Made by a program: the position numbers and the translations under genes
Shown: piece by piece, positions 37,692-47,259 of the stretch
How the letters are laid out: the number at the start of each line of letters is the position of its first letter
Numbering within the stretch: the first letter of the stretch is position 1
Source of the DNA: a candidate division FCPU426 bacterium
Lineage (GTDB): Bacteria > Oederibacteriota > Muellerivitia > Muellerivitales > Muellerivitaceae
Assembly (NCBI GenBank): GCA_963719085.1
Contig: CAVRAL010000001.1
Span: 416,001-480,000, forward strand
Length of the DNA: 64,000 nucleotides
Direction: 5' to 3'
The notes under the pieces: generated by a model
The model's input: the letters and a program-made list of their open reading frames with translations, nothing else
Database searches by the model: none
Told to the model about the DNA's origin: nothing

Positions 37692-39185
37692 TTAGGGTTT
37701 TTGGGCTAGAAGCAAGGGGCTTGGGGCGGCGGCCGGAGCCTCCGGGCGAAGCGCCACGGTCGGTTTTTTCGCGGGGACGATGCCCCTCTGACAAGGGACG
37801 ATGCCCCCCTGACGGGGGACGATGCCGTACTTTTTCTTGGTGGCCATGATCCGTCCGTAAGCCACGTCGATGGTTTTCATCGGAACCTTTCCCGTTTCCA
37901 CGGCCAGGACTAAAGCGTCCATGACCCGCCGCTCCAAATTATCCGTCACCAGCAGCACATCCACCCCCGCGTTCACCGCCTGCACCACGGACACGTTCAA
38001 GGGATAATATTGTTTGATGGCGTCCATCCGCAGGTCGTCCGAAATAACCAGCCCCTGGTAGCCCAATTGCCGCCTCAAAAGGGTCTGGATCATCTCGCTG
38101 GAGAGGGAAGCCGGAAAGTAGGGATCCACATTCTTATAAATCACGTGGGACAGCATGATGGCGTCCAGGCCATGGTCGGCGATGAGCGCCCGGTAGGGGA
38201 GCATGTCCTTTTGTTCCAATTCCTGGAGCGGCACATCGGCCACGGCGATTTGCTCATGGGGATTGGAACTGGATTCGGTCTCGCTGGGGAAGTGCTTGGC
38301 CGTGGCGATGATGTTCTCATCCCGCATGCCCCGCACGATCTGCCGGGCCAGGCTGGCCACGAGCACCGGGTCGCTGCCCAAGGACCTTCGATATTTGGCG
38401 ATAATGCTGTCGCCCGCGCCATGGTCCAGATCCACCACGGGGGCCAGGTTGAGGTTGGCCCCGACCTCCCGCAATTGGCGGCCGCTTAACAGCCCGAACC
38501 GGTAGGCCAAGTCCGGGCTCCCGGTTTGGCCCAAGGCGGCCAGCGAGGGAAGCCGCTGAAAGCCCTGCGCTTCCTTCAACCGCCTGACCGCTCCGCCTTC
38601 CTGGTCCAAGGCCACAAAGAGGGGTGTGGGGGCGTTGCTTTGAAGCTGGGCGATATATCGCTTAAGCTGTTTTTTGGTTTGGATGTTCTGGCTGAAAAGA
38701 ATGACGCCGCCGATCCACCCGGCTTTCAAGAGGGCCTGTTTTTGGCGGTTGAGCTGGGTGCCAGGCACGCTGACCATGATCATCTGGCCGATTTTTTTCT
38801 GAAGCTGTTTTAAGGGAGCGCCCGTGAGATTGAGGACCACGCGGGGAGCGGCGCCTTGCCGCAGTTGGGTCAAAAAGGGCGGCAGACGCGAGGCGATTTG
38901 CGGGTCGAGCGCCATGGCTTTCGAGTAATAAAAAAAAGCGGCGTTGTCCTGGTCTTGCAGGTAGAAACAATGGCCGATTAAAAGCCAGGGAGCCGCGGTG
39001 TCCGGCGCGTTGGCCCCGGCCAAGAGGGCCCAGCGCTCCGCGGGAAAATACTGCTGGGTTTGGAAACAATTTCGGGCGGTCTCAAATTGCCGGGCGGCCA
39101 GGCTGTCCCGGCCGTTGAATAGTGGCGGCGGAACCGAGAAAAATAGGACGAAGGCCAAAAAAAACGCGGGTAGGGTCTTGCGCAT
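37692..39185 (-). CDS. nagZ: GH3 beta-N-acetylhexosaminidase-like protein with N-terminal TPR
   Basis: DQEGGAVRR, NLAPVVD, KHFP, ISDDLRM, AGVD; TPR-like PWLLIGHCFY..A..YYSKAMALDP. Confidence 0.8.
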   Translation of the reverse strand: MRKTLPAFFLAFVLFFSVPPPLFNGRDSLAARQFETARNCFQTQQYFPAERWALLAGANAPDTAAPWLLIGHCFYLQDQDNAAFFYYSKAMALDPQIASRLPPFLTQLRQGAAPRVVLNLTGAPLKQLQKKIGQMIMVSVPGTQLNRQKQALLKAGWIGGVILFSQNIQTKKQLKRYIAQLQSNAPTPLFVALDQEGGAVRRLKEAQGFQRLPSLAALGQTGSPDLAYRFGLLSGRQLREVGANLNLAPVVDLDHGAGDSIIAKYRRSLGSDPVLVASLARQIVRGMRDENIIATAKHFPSETESSSNPHEQIAVADVPLQELEQKDMLPYRALIADHGLDAIMLSHVIYKNVDPYFPASLSSEMIQTLLRRQLGYQGLVISDDLRMDAIKQYYPLNVSVVQAVNAGVDVLLVTDNLERRVMDALVLAVETGKVPMKTIDVAYGRIMATKKKYGIVPRQGGIVPCQRGIVPAKKPTVALRPEAPAAAPSPLLLAQKP

Positions 39186-39251
39186 GGGGGGAATTCTAAC
39201 AAAGAAAAAGAAAGGGCGGCCAAACAAAAGCTTTTCGCCGGGTCCGCCGGC

Positions 39252-39821
39252 TTGAAACTAGTAGTTGATTCGGGTTCGGGCCCCAATTATCCTGAAACCC
39301 TCGAAGGCCATTCAAAGGAAACCGCCATTTTTCTTCGTTCCGTTCATTCCAGAGTTCTCGCGCTTTTGGTTTTCTCGCTGGGGGCGGCTCTTCTTCCCGG
39401 CTGCGTGGCGATCCGCCAAAGCCTGGATCGGGGCAGTCTTTTCGGGGAAGCGCCCGGCGATTTTAACACCGAACCCGGCGGCCCCGCGCCGGCCGGCGAT
39501 GATTGGAAAAGCCAAATGGAAGGCGTGGCTTCCTGGTATGGCGAGGAATTCAACGGCAGGCTCACCGCCAGCGGCGAGGTTTACGACATGTACGCCATGA
39601 CGGCGGCCCACCGAACCCTGCCCCTGGGAACCATTGTCCGGGTGACCAACGAGGACAATGGAAAAACCGTGGAAGTGAAAGTGAACGACCGGGGGCCTTT
39701 CGTGAAGGACCGGATCATCGACCTGTCCAAGTCGGCCTGCCGGGCCTTGGATATGATGCAAAACGGCACCGCCCATGTGAAGCTGGATGTGGTGCGCTGG
39801 CCCCAGGTCGCTGATAAATAA
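39252..39821 (+). CDS. rlpA: RlpA-family septal lytic transglycosylase lipoprotein (start uncertain)
   Basis: LPGC lipobox-like, GVASWYG, TAAHRTLP, VNDRGPF, RIIDLS. Confidence 0.9.
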   Translation: MKLVVDSGSGPNYPETLEGHSKETAIFLRSVHSRVLALLVFSLGAALLPGCVAIRQSLDRGSLFGEAPGDFNTEPGGPAPAGDDWKSQMEGVASWYGEEFNGRLTASGEVYDMYAMTAAHRTLPLGTIVRVTNEDNGKTVEVKVNDRGPFVKDRIIDLSKSACRALDMMQNGTAHVKLDVVRWPQVADK

Positions 39822-39844
39822 GTTGAGATTTATAAAAAAACCGA

Positions 39845-39958
39845 TTTCACCGCCAAGGCGCCAAGTTCGCCAAGAGAAGCAAAAGATTTTAAGAGGTTTA
39901 AAAACATAAGGGTTTTATTCGGGTTGTTCTTGGCGAACTTGGCGTCTTGGCGGTAAAA
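39845..39958. repeat. Palindromic element, family A (CGCCAAG x3 arms)
   Basis: 31-nt inverted arms with 2 mismatches around an AT-rich spacer. Confidence 0.9.
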
Positions 39959-40000
39959 AGCCCCTATGTTTATAACCTTTAGGATGTTCTGAGGACTGAA

Positions 40001-40819
40001 ATGGAACCATTCTCGAAAAGACTCAAGGCCGCCGTGGAAAGAACCCATGGCTGTCTTTGCGTGGGACTGGACGTGGACTTGGCCAAGATGCCCAAGGACA
40101 TTCCGGCGGACGGGCATGGGGCTTTGCGGTTCTGCCGGTCCATCATTGAGGCGACCCGGCCCTTCGCGGCGGCTTATAAGGCGAACCTGGCTTTTTTCGA
40201 GTCGCTGGGCGCCCAAGGATTCGAGATCCTCGAGCTGTTGCGCCAGTCCATTCCTTACGACACCCTTTTCATCGCCGACGCCAAGCGGGGCGATATCGGC
40301 AATACTTCCGAAGCCTATGCCAAGTCCCTTTACGGCATCCTCAAATCCGATTCGACGACCCTTTCGCCTTATATGGGAAAGGACTCGGTGGAACCTTTCT
40401 TAAAATATCCAGGGACCTGTTCTTTTGTGCTTTGCTTGACCTCCAACCCTTCGGCGGAGGATTTTCAACTGCAAAGCCTTTCTTCCGGCGAGAAGCTCTA
40501 TGAAAGGGTGGCCAAAACCGCCCCTGGTTGGGCCAAAAACACGGCCGGTGAAATCGGGCTGGTCGTCGGGGCTACGAAAGCGGAATATGTGAAGTCCCTG
40601 CGGGCGCTGGCGCCGACCACCGCGTTTCTGGTGCCCGGAGTCGGGGCCCAGGGCGGGGATTTGGACGCCGTATTAAAAGAAGGTCGCGCCCAAGATGGCG
40701 CCGGAATCTTGGTGAATGTTTCCCGCTCGATCCTCTATGCTTCTTCCGGAACCGATTACGCGGAAGCCGCGCGGGCGGAAGCCCAAAGGCTGGTGGGCGA
40801 GATGAAGGCATATTTTTAA
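40001..40819 (+). CDS. pyrF: Orotidine-5'-phosphate decarboxylase (subfamily 2)
   Basis: LCVGLD, DAKRGDIGNT, LTSNP, VVGAT, PGVGAQGG. Confidence 0.95.
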   Translation: MEPFSKRLKAAVERTHGCLCVGLDVDLAKMPKDIPADGHGALRFCRSIIEATRPFAAAYKANLAFFESLGAQGFEILELLRQSIPYDTLFIADAKRGDIGNTSEAYAKSLYGILKSDSTTLSPYMGKDSVEPFLKYPGTCSFVLCLTSNPSAEDFQLQSLSSGEKLYERVAKTAPGWAKNTAGEIGLVVGATKAEYVKSLRALAPTTAFLVPGVGAQGGDLDAVLKEGRAQDGAGILVNVSRSILYASSGTDYAEAARAEAQRLVGEMKAYF

Positions 40820-40836
40820 CTGAAGACAAGGGATTG

Positions 40837-40937
40837 AAACACGGAGTTACTCAGAGTGAACAGGGTAAGAATTCAGAGATCCAGCAAAAAAATAGTCTTA
40901 TCTTAAACTCTGCGTAACTCCGTGTAACTCTGTGGTT
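40837..40937. repeat. Palindromic element, family B (about 10-nt units CACRGAGTTA)
   Basis: Left AAACACGGAGTTACTCAGAGT, right ACTCTGCGTAACTCCGTGTAACTCTGTGGTT. Confidence 0.75.
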
Positions 40938-40975
40938 AACGTTCTTGGCGGTGAAAAGGTTTTCTGGAGGTTTTA

Positions 40976-41560
40976 ATGAATCAAGAAGAAGTTTTGAAAT
41001 ATTTCGAGGAAACCCACGCGCTTTTAAAAGGGCATTTCCGACTGTCCTCGGGACGGCACAGCGACCGTTACCTGCAGTGCGCCCTCGTGGTGCAATATCC
41101 TTGGATCGCGGAAAAGCTTTGCTCGGCTTTGGCCGAATTGGTCAAACCCTTGAAACCCCAAGCCGTTGTCTCACCCGCGTTGGGCGGCCTCATCGTGGGC
41201 CAGGAATTAGCCCGGGCGCTGAAGGTAAGGGCGATCTTCACCGAGCGAAACAAAGCCACCGACGCCATGGAATTGCGCCGGGGATTTTCCGTTGAAAAAG
41301 GGGAGCGCCTTTTCGCGGTCGAGGACGTCATAACGACCGGGGGATCGGTCAAGGAAACCATCGCGGTCACGCGGGGTCTGGGCGCCCAGGTGATGGGCGT
41401 GGGAAGCTTGATTGACCGCAGCGGCGGCGGAACGGATAAAACTTTTGACGTGCCGATGAAGGCGCTGGTGACCCTGGCGGTTGAGAGCTGGGAAGAGAAA
41501 GATTGCCCGCTTTGTAAGCAAGGGCTGCCCGTGGAAAAGCCGGGATCGAGAGCCAAGTAG
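40976..41560 (+). CDS. pyrE: Orotate phosphoribosyltransferase
   Basis: GHFRLSSGRHS, VEDVITTGGS, PGSR C-terminus. Confidence 0.95.
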   Translation: MNQEEVLKYFEETHALLKGHFRLSSGRHSDRYLQCALVVQYPWIAEKLCSALAELVKPLKPQAVVSPALGGLIVGQELARALKVRAIFTERNKATDAMELRRGFSVEKGERLFAVEDVITTGGSVKETIAVTRGLGAQVMGVGSLIDRSGGGTDKTFDVPMKALVTLAVESWEEKDCPLCKQGLPVEKPGSRAK

Positions 41561-41570
41561 GACAAAAAAT

Positions 41571-41686
41571 AGTTAGGCGTTAGAAGTTAGGGGCGCGAAG
41601 TTGAAAAACAAAATATCCTGAACCACTCGGTGAGCGCATGGTTCAGGATTTTAAAAACTACTAGCTCCACACTCCTAATTTCTAAC
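41571..41686. repeat. Palindromic element, family C (7-nt units GTTAGGA/TCCTAAC) with an internal perfect 11-bp hairpin
   Basis: Arms AGTTAGGCGTTAGAAGTTAGG and CTCCTAATTTCTAAC; inner ATCCTGAACCA/TGGTTCAGGAT. Confidence 0.75.
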
Positions 41687-41714
41687 CGCCTCAAAAGCGG
41701 TTCAAAGGAAAATT

Positions 41715-41972
41715 ATGGCTGAAACTAAAATTCCAAATCCGAACGCCCCGGCCCCCGGTGACAACCTGCGCGTTTATTTTCAGGCCAATCTGGTGGCTTG
41801 GGGTTTTTTATTGGTTCTGGCGGTGGCGGCCTTCTTTATTTGCGGCGGTGTGTGGGATGACGTGACCACCGGAGTCTTGGAGTTTATTTTTGTCGTGCTG
41901 GGCGGCGGTTTCACGCTGGTATCGTTGCTTGATTTTTTTTACGAAAAAAGCCAGGGAGACCGAAAATCATGA
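41715..41972 (+). CDS. Hypothetical two-TM membrane protein
   Basis: AAGGA RBS, two hydrophobic helices, ATGA coupling to the next gene. Confidence 0.7.
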   Translation: MAETKIPNPNAPAPGDNLRVYFQANLVAWGFLLVLAVAAFFICGGVWDDVTTGVLEFIFVVLGGGFTLVSLLDFFYEKSQGDRKS

Positions 41973-42946
41973 GATCTTTTTTAACGAAGTCCTGCGCCGC
42001 CTTCTTGGTTTTTGCCATGGCGGTTGGCGCTTTTCCGGCCCAATGGGTTTTCGCCCAAACGGACGTTTCGATGGCTTCGGATGATGAAGTTCAAGAAATC
42101 CAGCACTTGGTTCAGGCCGGTTATTTGAGCGCCGATTCACCCTACGCGGCGTCCAAAAGCCTGACCGAAGACCAGGTGACCGACGCCCTGATCGCCATTT
42201 ATGACCGGCTGAAGGCCGTGGATCTTAAAAACCTCCCCACGGGCGCGATGGGTTATCAAACGGCGGATCTTCAAGCCCTTTCCCAATTGGTCGAGGATTA
42301 TTCGGAATTTCTCCACGACCGGAAGGTTTCCGCCTGGGGTTATGAAAACCGCCTGCAAAAGATGATCCAGTCCCTGGCGAGCTTGACGCCCCAGCCTACG
42401 GCTGTCATCGCGCCGGTTGCCTCCGTGACGACGGCCGTTACGGCAACGCCCACGGCGGTAGTGACTCCGGGCCCGACCTTCAGTGATCTAAACGAGCTCA
42501 AAGACTCGCTCAAGGATCAAGCCCAGCGTTTCTCCGATCTTCAAATTAAATACGATCAAAAATTCCAAGAGGCGGACGCCGACGATCAACTGCTCAAGAC
42601 CAAGGAACAGGAATCCGCGGACGAGATGAAACTGGTCAAGAACCTGATGGATACCTATGAGTCCAACCTGCAAAAAATGAACGACCGCATGGATCAGATA
42701 TCCGATAAGGCCAATCAGAAAACCTTAACGGATGAGGAGTTGGAGCAGGAGTTGACCATTATGCATAAGGACCTGCGGGATAATACGCAGGACCTGACGG
42801 TGTTGAAACAGCAGGTGGCCTTGTTGGACGCGCCGCAGAAGGCGGCGCAGGATCCGTTGGATGATTTTTTGACTTCCAAGTGGTTGGCGGGAGGCGCTTT
42901 GGTGGTGGGATTGGCGGCTTTGGTGGTCGGGCTCACTAAAAAATAG
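41969..42946 (+). CDS. Exported coiled-coil protein with degenerate SLH-like N-terminus and C-terminal TM anchor
   Basis: Signal peptide, IQHLVQAGYL..SLT, P/T linker, long heptad region, C-terminal WLAGGALVVGLAALVVGLTKK. Confidence 0.65.
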   Translation: MRSFLTKSCAAFLVFAMAVGAFPAQWVFAQTDVSMASDDEVQEIQHLVQAGYLSADSPYAASKSLTEDQVTDALIAIYDRLKAVDLKNLPTGAMGYQTADLQALSQLVEDYSEFLHDRKVSAWGYENRLQKMIQSLASLTPQPTAVIAPVASVTTAVTATPTAVVTPGPTFSDLNELKDSLKDQAQRFSDLQIKYDQKFQEADADDQLLKTKEQESADEMKLVKNLMDTYESNLQKMNDRMDQISDKANQKTLTDEELEQELTIMHKDLRDNTQDLTVLKQQVALLDAPQKAAQDPLDDFLTSKWLAGGALVVGLAALVVGLTKK

Positions 42947-43058
42947 TGAGGAGTTAGAAGTGGGGGGGCGAGGTTGGCGCAGAGCGGAGAAAATTAAAGG
43001 GCATTTGGGAGAGGGTGGAGGACTTTAACTCCAAACTCCTCACTCCTAATTCCTAACT
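42945..43058. repeat. Palindromic element, family C
   Basis: AGTGAGGAGTTAGAAGTGGG ... AACTCCAAACTCCTCACTCCTAATTCCTAACT. Confidence 0.75.
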
Positions 43059-43083
43059 TTCGTTATTCTTTCAAGGAGGCTTC

Positions 43084-43734
43084 ATGTTTATCGGACATTT
43101 TGCCGTGGCTTTCGCTGGAAAAAAAGTGGCCCCGAAGGTTTCTTTGGGCCTGATGTTCCTGGCGGCCCAATTTCTTGATGTGCTTTGGCCTGTTTTTGTT
43201 CTTTTGGGAGCCGAACATTTCCGCATCGTCACCGGAATTACCAAGGTCTCGCCCTTTGATTTTTATGATTTCCCCATGAGCCACAGCCTGGTCATGGCCG
43301 TCACCTGGGCCATCGGGTTCGGGCTTGTTTATTTCATCGTTAAGGGCGACGTCAAGTCCTCCGGAATTCTGTCGGCCCTGGTTTTCAGCCATTGGATTTT
43401 GGATGTGATCGTTCACCGGCCCGATTTGCCGCTGCTTCCGCAGGGACCCTATTGGGGTTTGGGGCTTTGGAATTCCCGCGCGGGCACGCTCATCGTGGAA
43501 TTCGGCCTGCTGGCGGCGGGCGCTTGGATTTATAAAAAGTGCACGAAGCCGAAAGACTCCACCGGGGATTGGGTTTTTTACGGATTGCTATTCACCTTGG
43601 CGGCCTTCTATATCATCAGCTTGGTGGCGCCCACGCCCACCAACACCTTTATGGTGGCCTTGAGCGGCATCATCGTGATTTGGGGTTTTATCGCCTGGGG
43701 TACCTGGGCGGACAGCCTGCGTAAAGCCGCTTGA
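43084..43734 (+). CDS. Membrane metal-dependent hydrolase-like protein (YdjM-like)
   Basis: MFIGH, LD, SHSL, SHWILD..VH.PD. Confidence 0.7.
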   Translation: MFIGHFAVAFAGKKVAPKVSLGLMFLAAQFLDVLWPVFVLLGAEHFRIVTGITKVSPFDFYDFPMSHSLVMAVTWAIGFGLVYFIVKGDVKSSGILSALVFSHWILDVIVHRPDLPLLPQGPYWGLGLWNSRAGTLIVEFGLLAAGAWIYKKCTKPKDSTGDWVFYGLLFTLAAFYIISLVAPTPTNTFMVALSGIIVIWGFIAWGTWADSLRKAA

Positions 43735-44180
43735 AAAAAAAGGAAGCCCTCGTCATCCGCGGCATGCGGGCGGGTGACCGCCGGGGCTTAAGTTTGGTTT
43801 ACCAGGCGGCTTTTTCTTTCGGTCCGGGGGCCGAACGCTGGAGTGAAAAGGCCGCGGACGCGCGGGTCCATCAAGTGTTGAAATTAAAACATCCCGCCTG
43901 GACGGCCTGTCTTTACGGCCAACCGGTGGGATTCGCTTTTGTGTCCATTCGGGAAGGCCATCAGGGACCCTACGGCGAGCTGACGGAACTGGCGGTCCAT
44001 CCTTTTTTCCAAGGCCAGGGCATCGGGACCAAGCTTCTGAAAAAAATAAAGGACGCCCGTAAAAGGCTTCGGCTCAAAACCCTTTATGGGTTGGTCTATA
44101 AGGGTCCGGCGGAAGTTTTTTTGAAAAAGAACGGGTTCAAACCGTCCCGGCGCAGCTCAGTTTTCTCCCTTCGCCGATAA
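43731..44180 (+). CDS. GNAT N-acetyltransferase
   Basis: LAVHPFFQGQGIGTKLL, KKNGF. Confidence 0.85.
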   Translation: MKKKEALVIRGMRAGDRRGLSLVYQAAFSFGPGAERWSEKAADARVHQVLKLKHPAWTACLYGQPVGFAFVSIREGHQGPYGELTELAVHPFFQGQGIGTKLLKKIKDARKRLRLKTLYGLVYKGPAEVFLKKNGFKPSRRSSVFSLRR

Positions 44181-44195
44181 AAGTAAAAGATTCTC

Positions 44196-45446
44196 TCACC
44201 CCCGGCGGCCAGCTTTTTCCAGTGATCCAAATCGACCCACTTCCGGCCAGATCCGCATGACGGCTAAGACCACCAAAATGCTTCCTACCCCCCCAAGGAC
44301 TACAGAACCAACTGGTCCTAGCAACGCGGCTGTGGCGCCGGATTCAAACCCGCCTAACTCGTTGGAGGAGTGGATGAAAATATAACTGACGGCCGTGACC
44401 CGGCCCCGCATGGCGTCGGGTGTCAGGACTTGGACCAGGGTTGACCGTACGATAACGCTGATGTTGTCGAGCGCTCCGGTTAAAAAGAGCATGAGGAAGG
44501 ACAGCCAATACCATTTTGAAATCCCGAAGATGATGGTGGCCCCGCCAAAACCCGCAACGGCCCAAAGTAAGGACAATCCAGCTTTTTTCATCGGAGGGCG
44601 CTGGGCCAAAAGAAACGCCATCAAAAATGCCCCGACCAAAGGAGCTGCCTGAAGAAAACCATAACCGATCGCGCCACAAGCCAGAATGTCGGTTGAAAAA
44701 GCCGGTAAAAGGGCCGTGGCGCCGCCTAGGATCACCACGAAAAGATCCATGCTGATGGTTGCCAGAATGAGGCGATTGTCGCGTACGAATTTAAAACCAC
44801 TTAAAAGCGATTTCAGGCTAACGGCTTCCCGTTTGAAGACCCGGGGCAAAGTATTAAGGGCTAGGACGAACCCGAAAAAAACCAACTCGAAGAAAGAATC
44901 CAGGAAACAAACTCGAGTGTAACCCATGGTCGAAATTAAAAAACCTCCCAAGGCTGATCCGACCATGGAGGCGACTTGGAAAATACTGCTACCCCAGGTG
45001 ACCGCGTTGGTAAAAATAGGGAGCGGAACCAATTGGGGCAGCAAGGACTGCCGGGCCGGATCGCTGAAGGCGCGGGTAAGTCCGGTCATGAACAAAATCG
45101 CGTAAAGTGCCCAAAGCGGAGCCGATAAAGACGCGGCCAAAGCCAGGCCCAAAGAACAGCAGGCGTACATCAATTGGCAGGCTAGAACAATAGTTTTCCG
45201 GGAATAGCGGTCGGCGGCCAGTCCGCCAGGCAGCATAAAAAGCAGTATGGGTAGCCAAATTGCCAATCCGATCAGTCCTAGGTTCCAAACCGAATGGGTT
45301 TGGCGATAGACCTCAAAACCGACAGCCACTCTTAACATTTGTTGTCCAGCGACGGTGATGAAATTACCGGTGGCGTACAAACGGTAATTCGCATGGCGAA
45401 AAGCCGCGTAGGGGTCGTGGGTTTTGAGGGTTGGCGGCTTCGGCAT
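44196..45446 (-). CDS. MFS transporter (EntS/DHA3-like)
   Basis: About 12 TMs, GLAADRYSRK, MRGRV, SNELGGFESG. Confidence 0.88.
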   Translation of the reverse strand: MPKPPTLKTHDPYAAFRHANYRLYATGNFITVAGQQMLRVAVGFEVYRQTHSVWNLGLIGLAIWLPILLFMLPGGLAADRYSRKTIVLACQLMYACCSLGLALAASLSAPLWALYAILFMTGLTRAFSDPARQSLLPQLVPLPIFTNAVTWGSSIFQVASMVGSALGGFLISTMGYTRVCFLDSFFELVFFGFVLALNTLPRVFKREAVSLKSLLSGFKFVRDNRLILATISMDLFVVILGGATALLPAFSTDILACGAIGYGFLQAAPLVGAFLMAFLLAQRPPMKKAGLSLLWAVAGFGGATIIFGISKWYWLSFLMLFLTGALDNISVIVRSTLVQVLTPDAMRGRVTAVSYIFIHSSNELGGFESGATAALLGPVGSVVLGGVGSILVVLAVMRIWPEVGRFGSLEKAGRRG

Positions 45447-45593
45447 GGCGGCTCCGTGGTTTCAATCAAAATGATCGGTATTCTAGGGGAAGGAGGGCCG
45501 GGTTGAAAGAGACCGTTTACCCGAAAAGGGCTTCCGGGGCTATTTAAAAATAAACCCGGGGACTAGAATAAAAAAAAGACGAAAGGGTGGAAA

Positions 45594-45917
45594 ATGGCAA
45601 AAACCGAGTCGGCCTCAAAAAAAACCGAATCCTTTCTTTCGGGCTGGGTGGATAAGGCCTGGAAATTGGGCTTACAGCCGGTGCTGGAAACTTTTCTTCG
45701 ACAGATGGAAGACCGGGTGGAGCGGTGGGAAAGGCGCGTCCTGACTTTGGCGGTCGCCTATTTGGGGATTTTCGCCGGACTTTTCTTTTTAGTGTTGGGG
45801 ATTTTTTTCCTGTTGGTGGATTATTGCGGCCTGCCCCGGGGCGTTGTTTTCGCGGCAGGCGGATTTTTAATTGTTTTGATTTCGTTTGTTTATTTGCAGG
45901 GCGGTAAAAGACGATAA
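45594..45917 (+). CDS. Small two-TM membrane protein (YqjE-like)
   Basis: Two TMs; adjacent to a DUF883 gene. Confidence 0.5.
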   Translation: MAKTESASKKTESFLSGWVDKAWKLGLQPVLETFLRQMEDRVERWERRVLTLAVAYLGIFAGLFFLVLGIFFLLVDYCGLPRGVVFAAGGFLIVLISFVYLQGGKRR

Positions 45918-45928
45918 GGAGGACGATC

Positions 45929-46264
45929 ATGGCGGGTAACATTAAGTTTCCGAGCAAGGAAGCCCAAGTGAAGCTGAAAAAGCAGATCATGGAAAAGCTG
46001 GCGATGGGGAAGAAAAAAATACAGGATTTGGAAAAGGCCGTCCGTTCGGGCGAGGCCGGCGAACAAATCACCCAGGAGCTGAAAAAGGCCAAGGTTCAAT
46101 TGGAAAAGCTCAAAGAACAATACAAACAAAGCGAAGCCAAGGCTTTGGAATATGTGCACGAGAATCCCAAGAAGGCTTTGCTGGCAGCCGCCGCGGTCGG
46201 AATTTTGGCCGGCACGGTCATCGCCGCGCTGCGTTCGAGTAAGTCTAAAAAGAAGAAAAAGTAG
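45929..46264 (+). CDS. DUF883 (ElaB/YqjD-like) protein
   Basis: Coiled-coil N-terminus, YVHENPKKALLAAAAVGILAG tail anchor; AGGAGG RBS. Confidence 0.75.
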   Translation: MAGNIKFPSKEAQVKLKKQIMEKLAMGKKKIQDLEKAVRSGEAGEQITQELKKAKVQLEKLKEQYKQSEAKALEYVHENPKKALLAAAAVGILAGTVIAALRSSKSKKKKK

Positions 46265-46274
46265 GGAAGGGCTT

Positions 46275-47090
46275 ATGCCGTTGATTCAAACCCCTCGGGG
46301 GCGTTTTTTCTACGAGGAGCGGGGCCCGCGGACGGGCCCCGTTCTTTTTTTATCGCACGGACTCACCTCCAACCATCATACCTGGGAAAAGGTAGGGGAG
46401 CCTTTGGCGGGGGCCGGGTTCCATCTCTACGCTTTTGACATGCGGGGACATGGGCAAAGCGATTGGCCCGCTTCGGGCTACAGCCCCGAGGATCACGGAC
46501 GGGATGTGGAAGCCTGCGCGAAAGCGCTTGGCCATGAAAAAATCCACATCGCGGGCCATTCCACCGGCGGCCGCAACGCGCTGGTCTTCGCCGGACTTTT
46601 TCCCGGGCGGACCCGAACTTTGACGATCATCGATCAGACGCTGACCGCGGATCCGGACAGCTGGAAAAAATACAAGACCCGCTACGGGGCCTACCCGGTT
46701 CCTTTCGCCGGTGAAAAAACATTGGACGATTTCCTGCGGTTGAAGTTTCCCGGGGACCGGCGGCGTTTCGACTATTACAAAAGCCAGTTTTCCCCAAAAC
46801 CCGATGGACGTTGGGATTTCAACTTCTCGATTGAGGGGGCCTGGGAAACCCAGCGGCTGGGCCGGGAAAAGGAAGCCTATTCCTGGCTTTTTCGGGTGGA
46901 GGTTCCTATCCTTTTCGTCAAGGGCGCCCAAAGCAACTATGTTTCCTTGGATGAGGCGAAGAAGATTGAAAAGCTGATGCCCCAAGGCCGAGGCCGCTTG
47001 GTTTTAGTGGAAAGGGCGGAGCACGCCGTTCAAAGGGACAACCCGGAAGGCCTGCTGGATGTCTTTTTGCCCTTCCTAAGGGAATCTTAA
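46275..47090 (+). CDS. Alpha/beta hydrolase
   Basis: HG, DMRGHGQS, GHSTGG nucleophile elbow, C-terminal His. Confidence 0.88.
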   Translation: MPLIQTPRGRFFYEERGPRTGPVLFLSHGLTSNHHTWEKVGEPLAGAGFHLYAFDMRGHGQSDWPASGYSPEDHGRDVEACAKALGHEKIHIAGHSTGGRNALVFAGLFPGRTRTLTIIDQTLTADPDSWKKYKTRYGAYPVPFAGEKTLDDFLRLKFPGDRRRFDYYKSQFSPKPDGRWDFNFSIEGAWETQRLGREKEAYSWLFRVEVPILFVKGAQSNYVSLDEAKKIEKLMPQGRGRLVLVERAEHAVQRDNPEGLLDVFLPFLRES

Positions 47091-47111
47091 AAATTCCAAG
47101 GCGAACACAAT

Positions 47112-47259
47112 TTTCGCCGCCAAGACGCCAAGTTCGCCAAGAATTAGCGCGAAGATGAATTTGATAAAACAATCGGGGTTCGATCTGGACACCCATAACA
47201 TATTATTTATTCTTAATAGCCTTGTTTTACTTGGCGAACTTGGTGTCTTGGCGGTAAAT
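47112..47259. repeat. Palindromic element, family A
   Basis: TTTCGCCGCCAAGACGCCAAGTTCGCCAAG ... CTTGGCGAACTTGGTGTCTTGGCGGTAAA. Confidence 0.9.
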
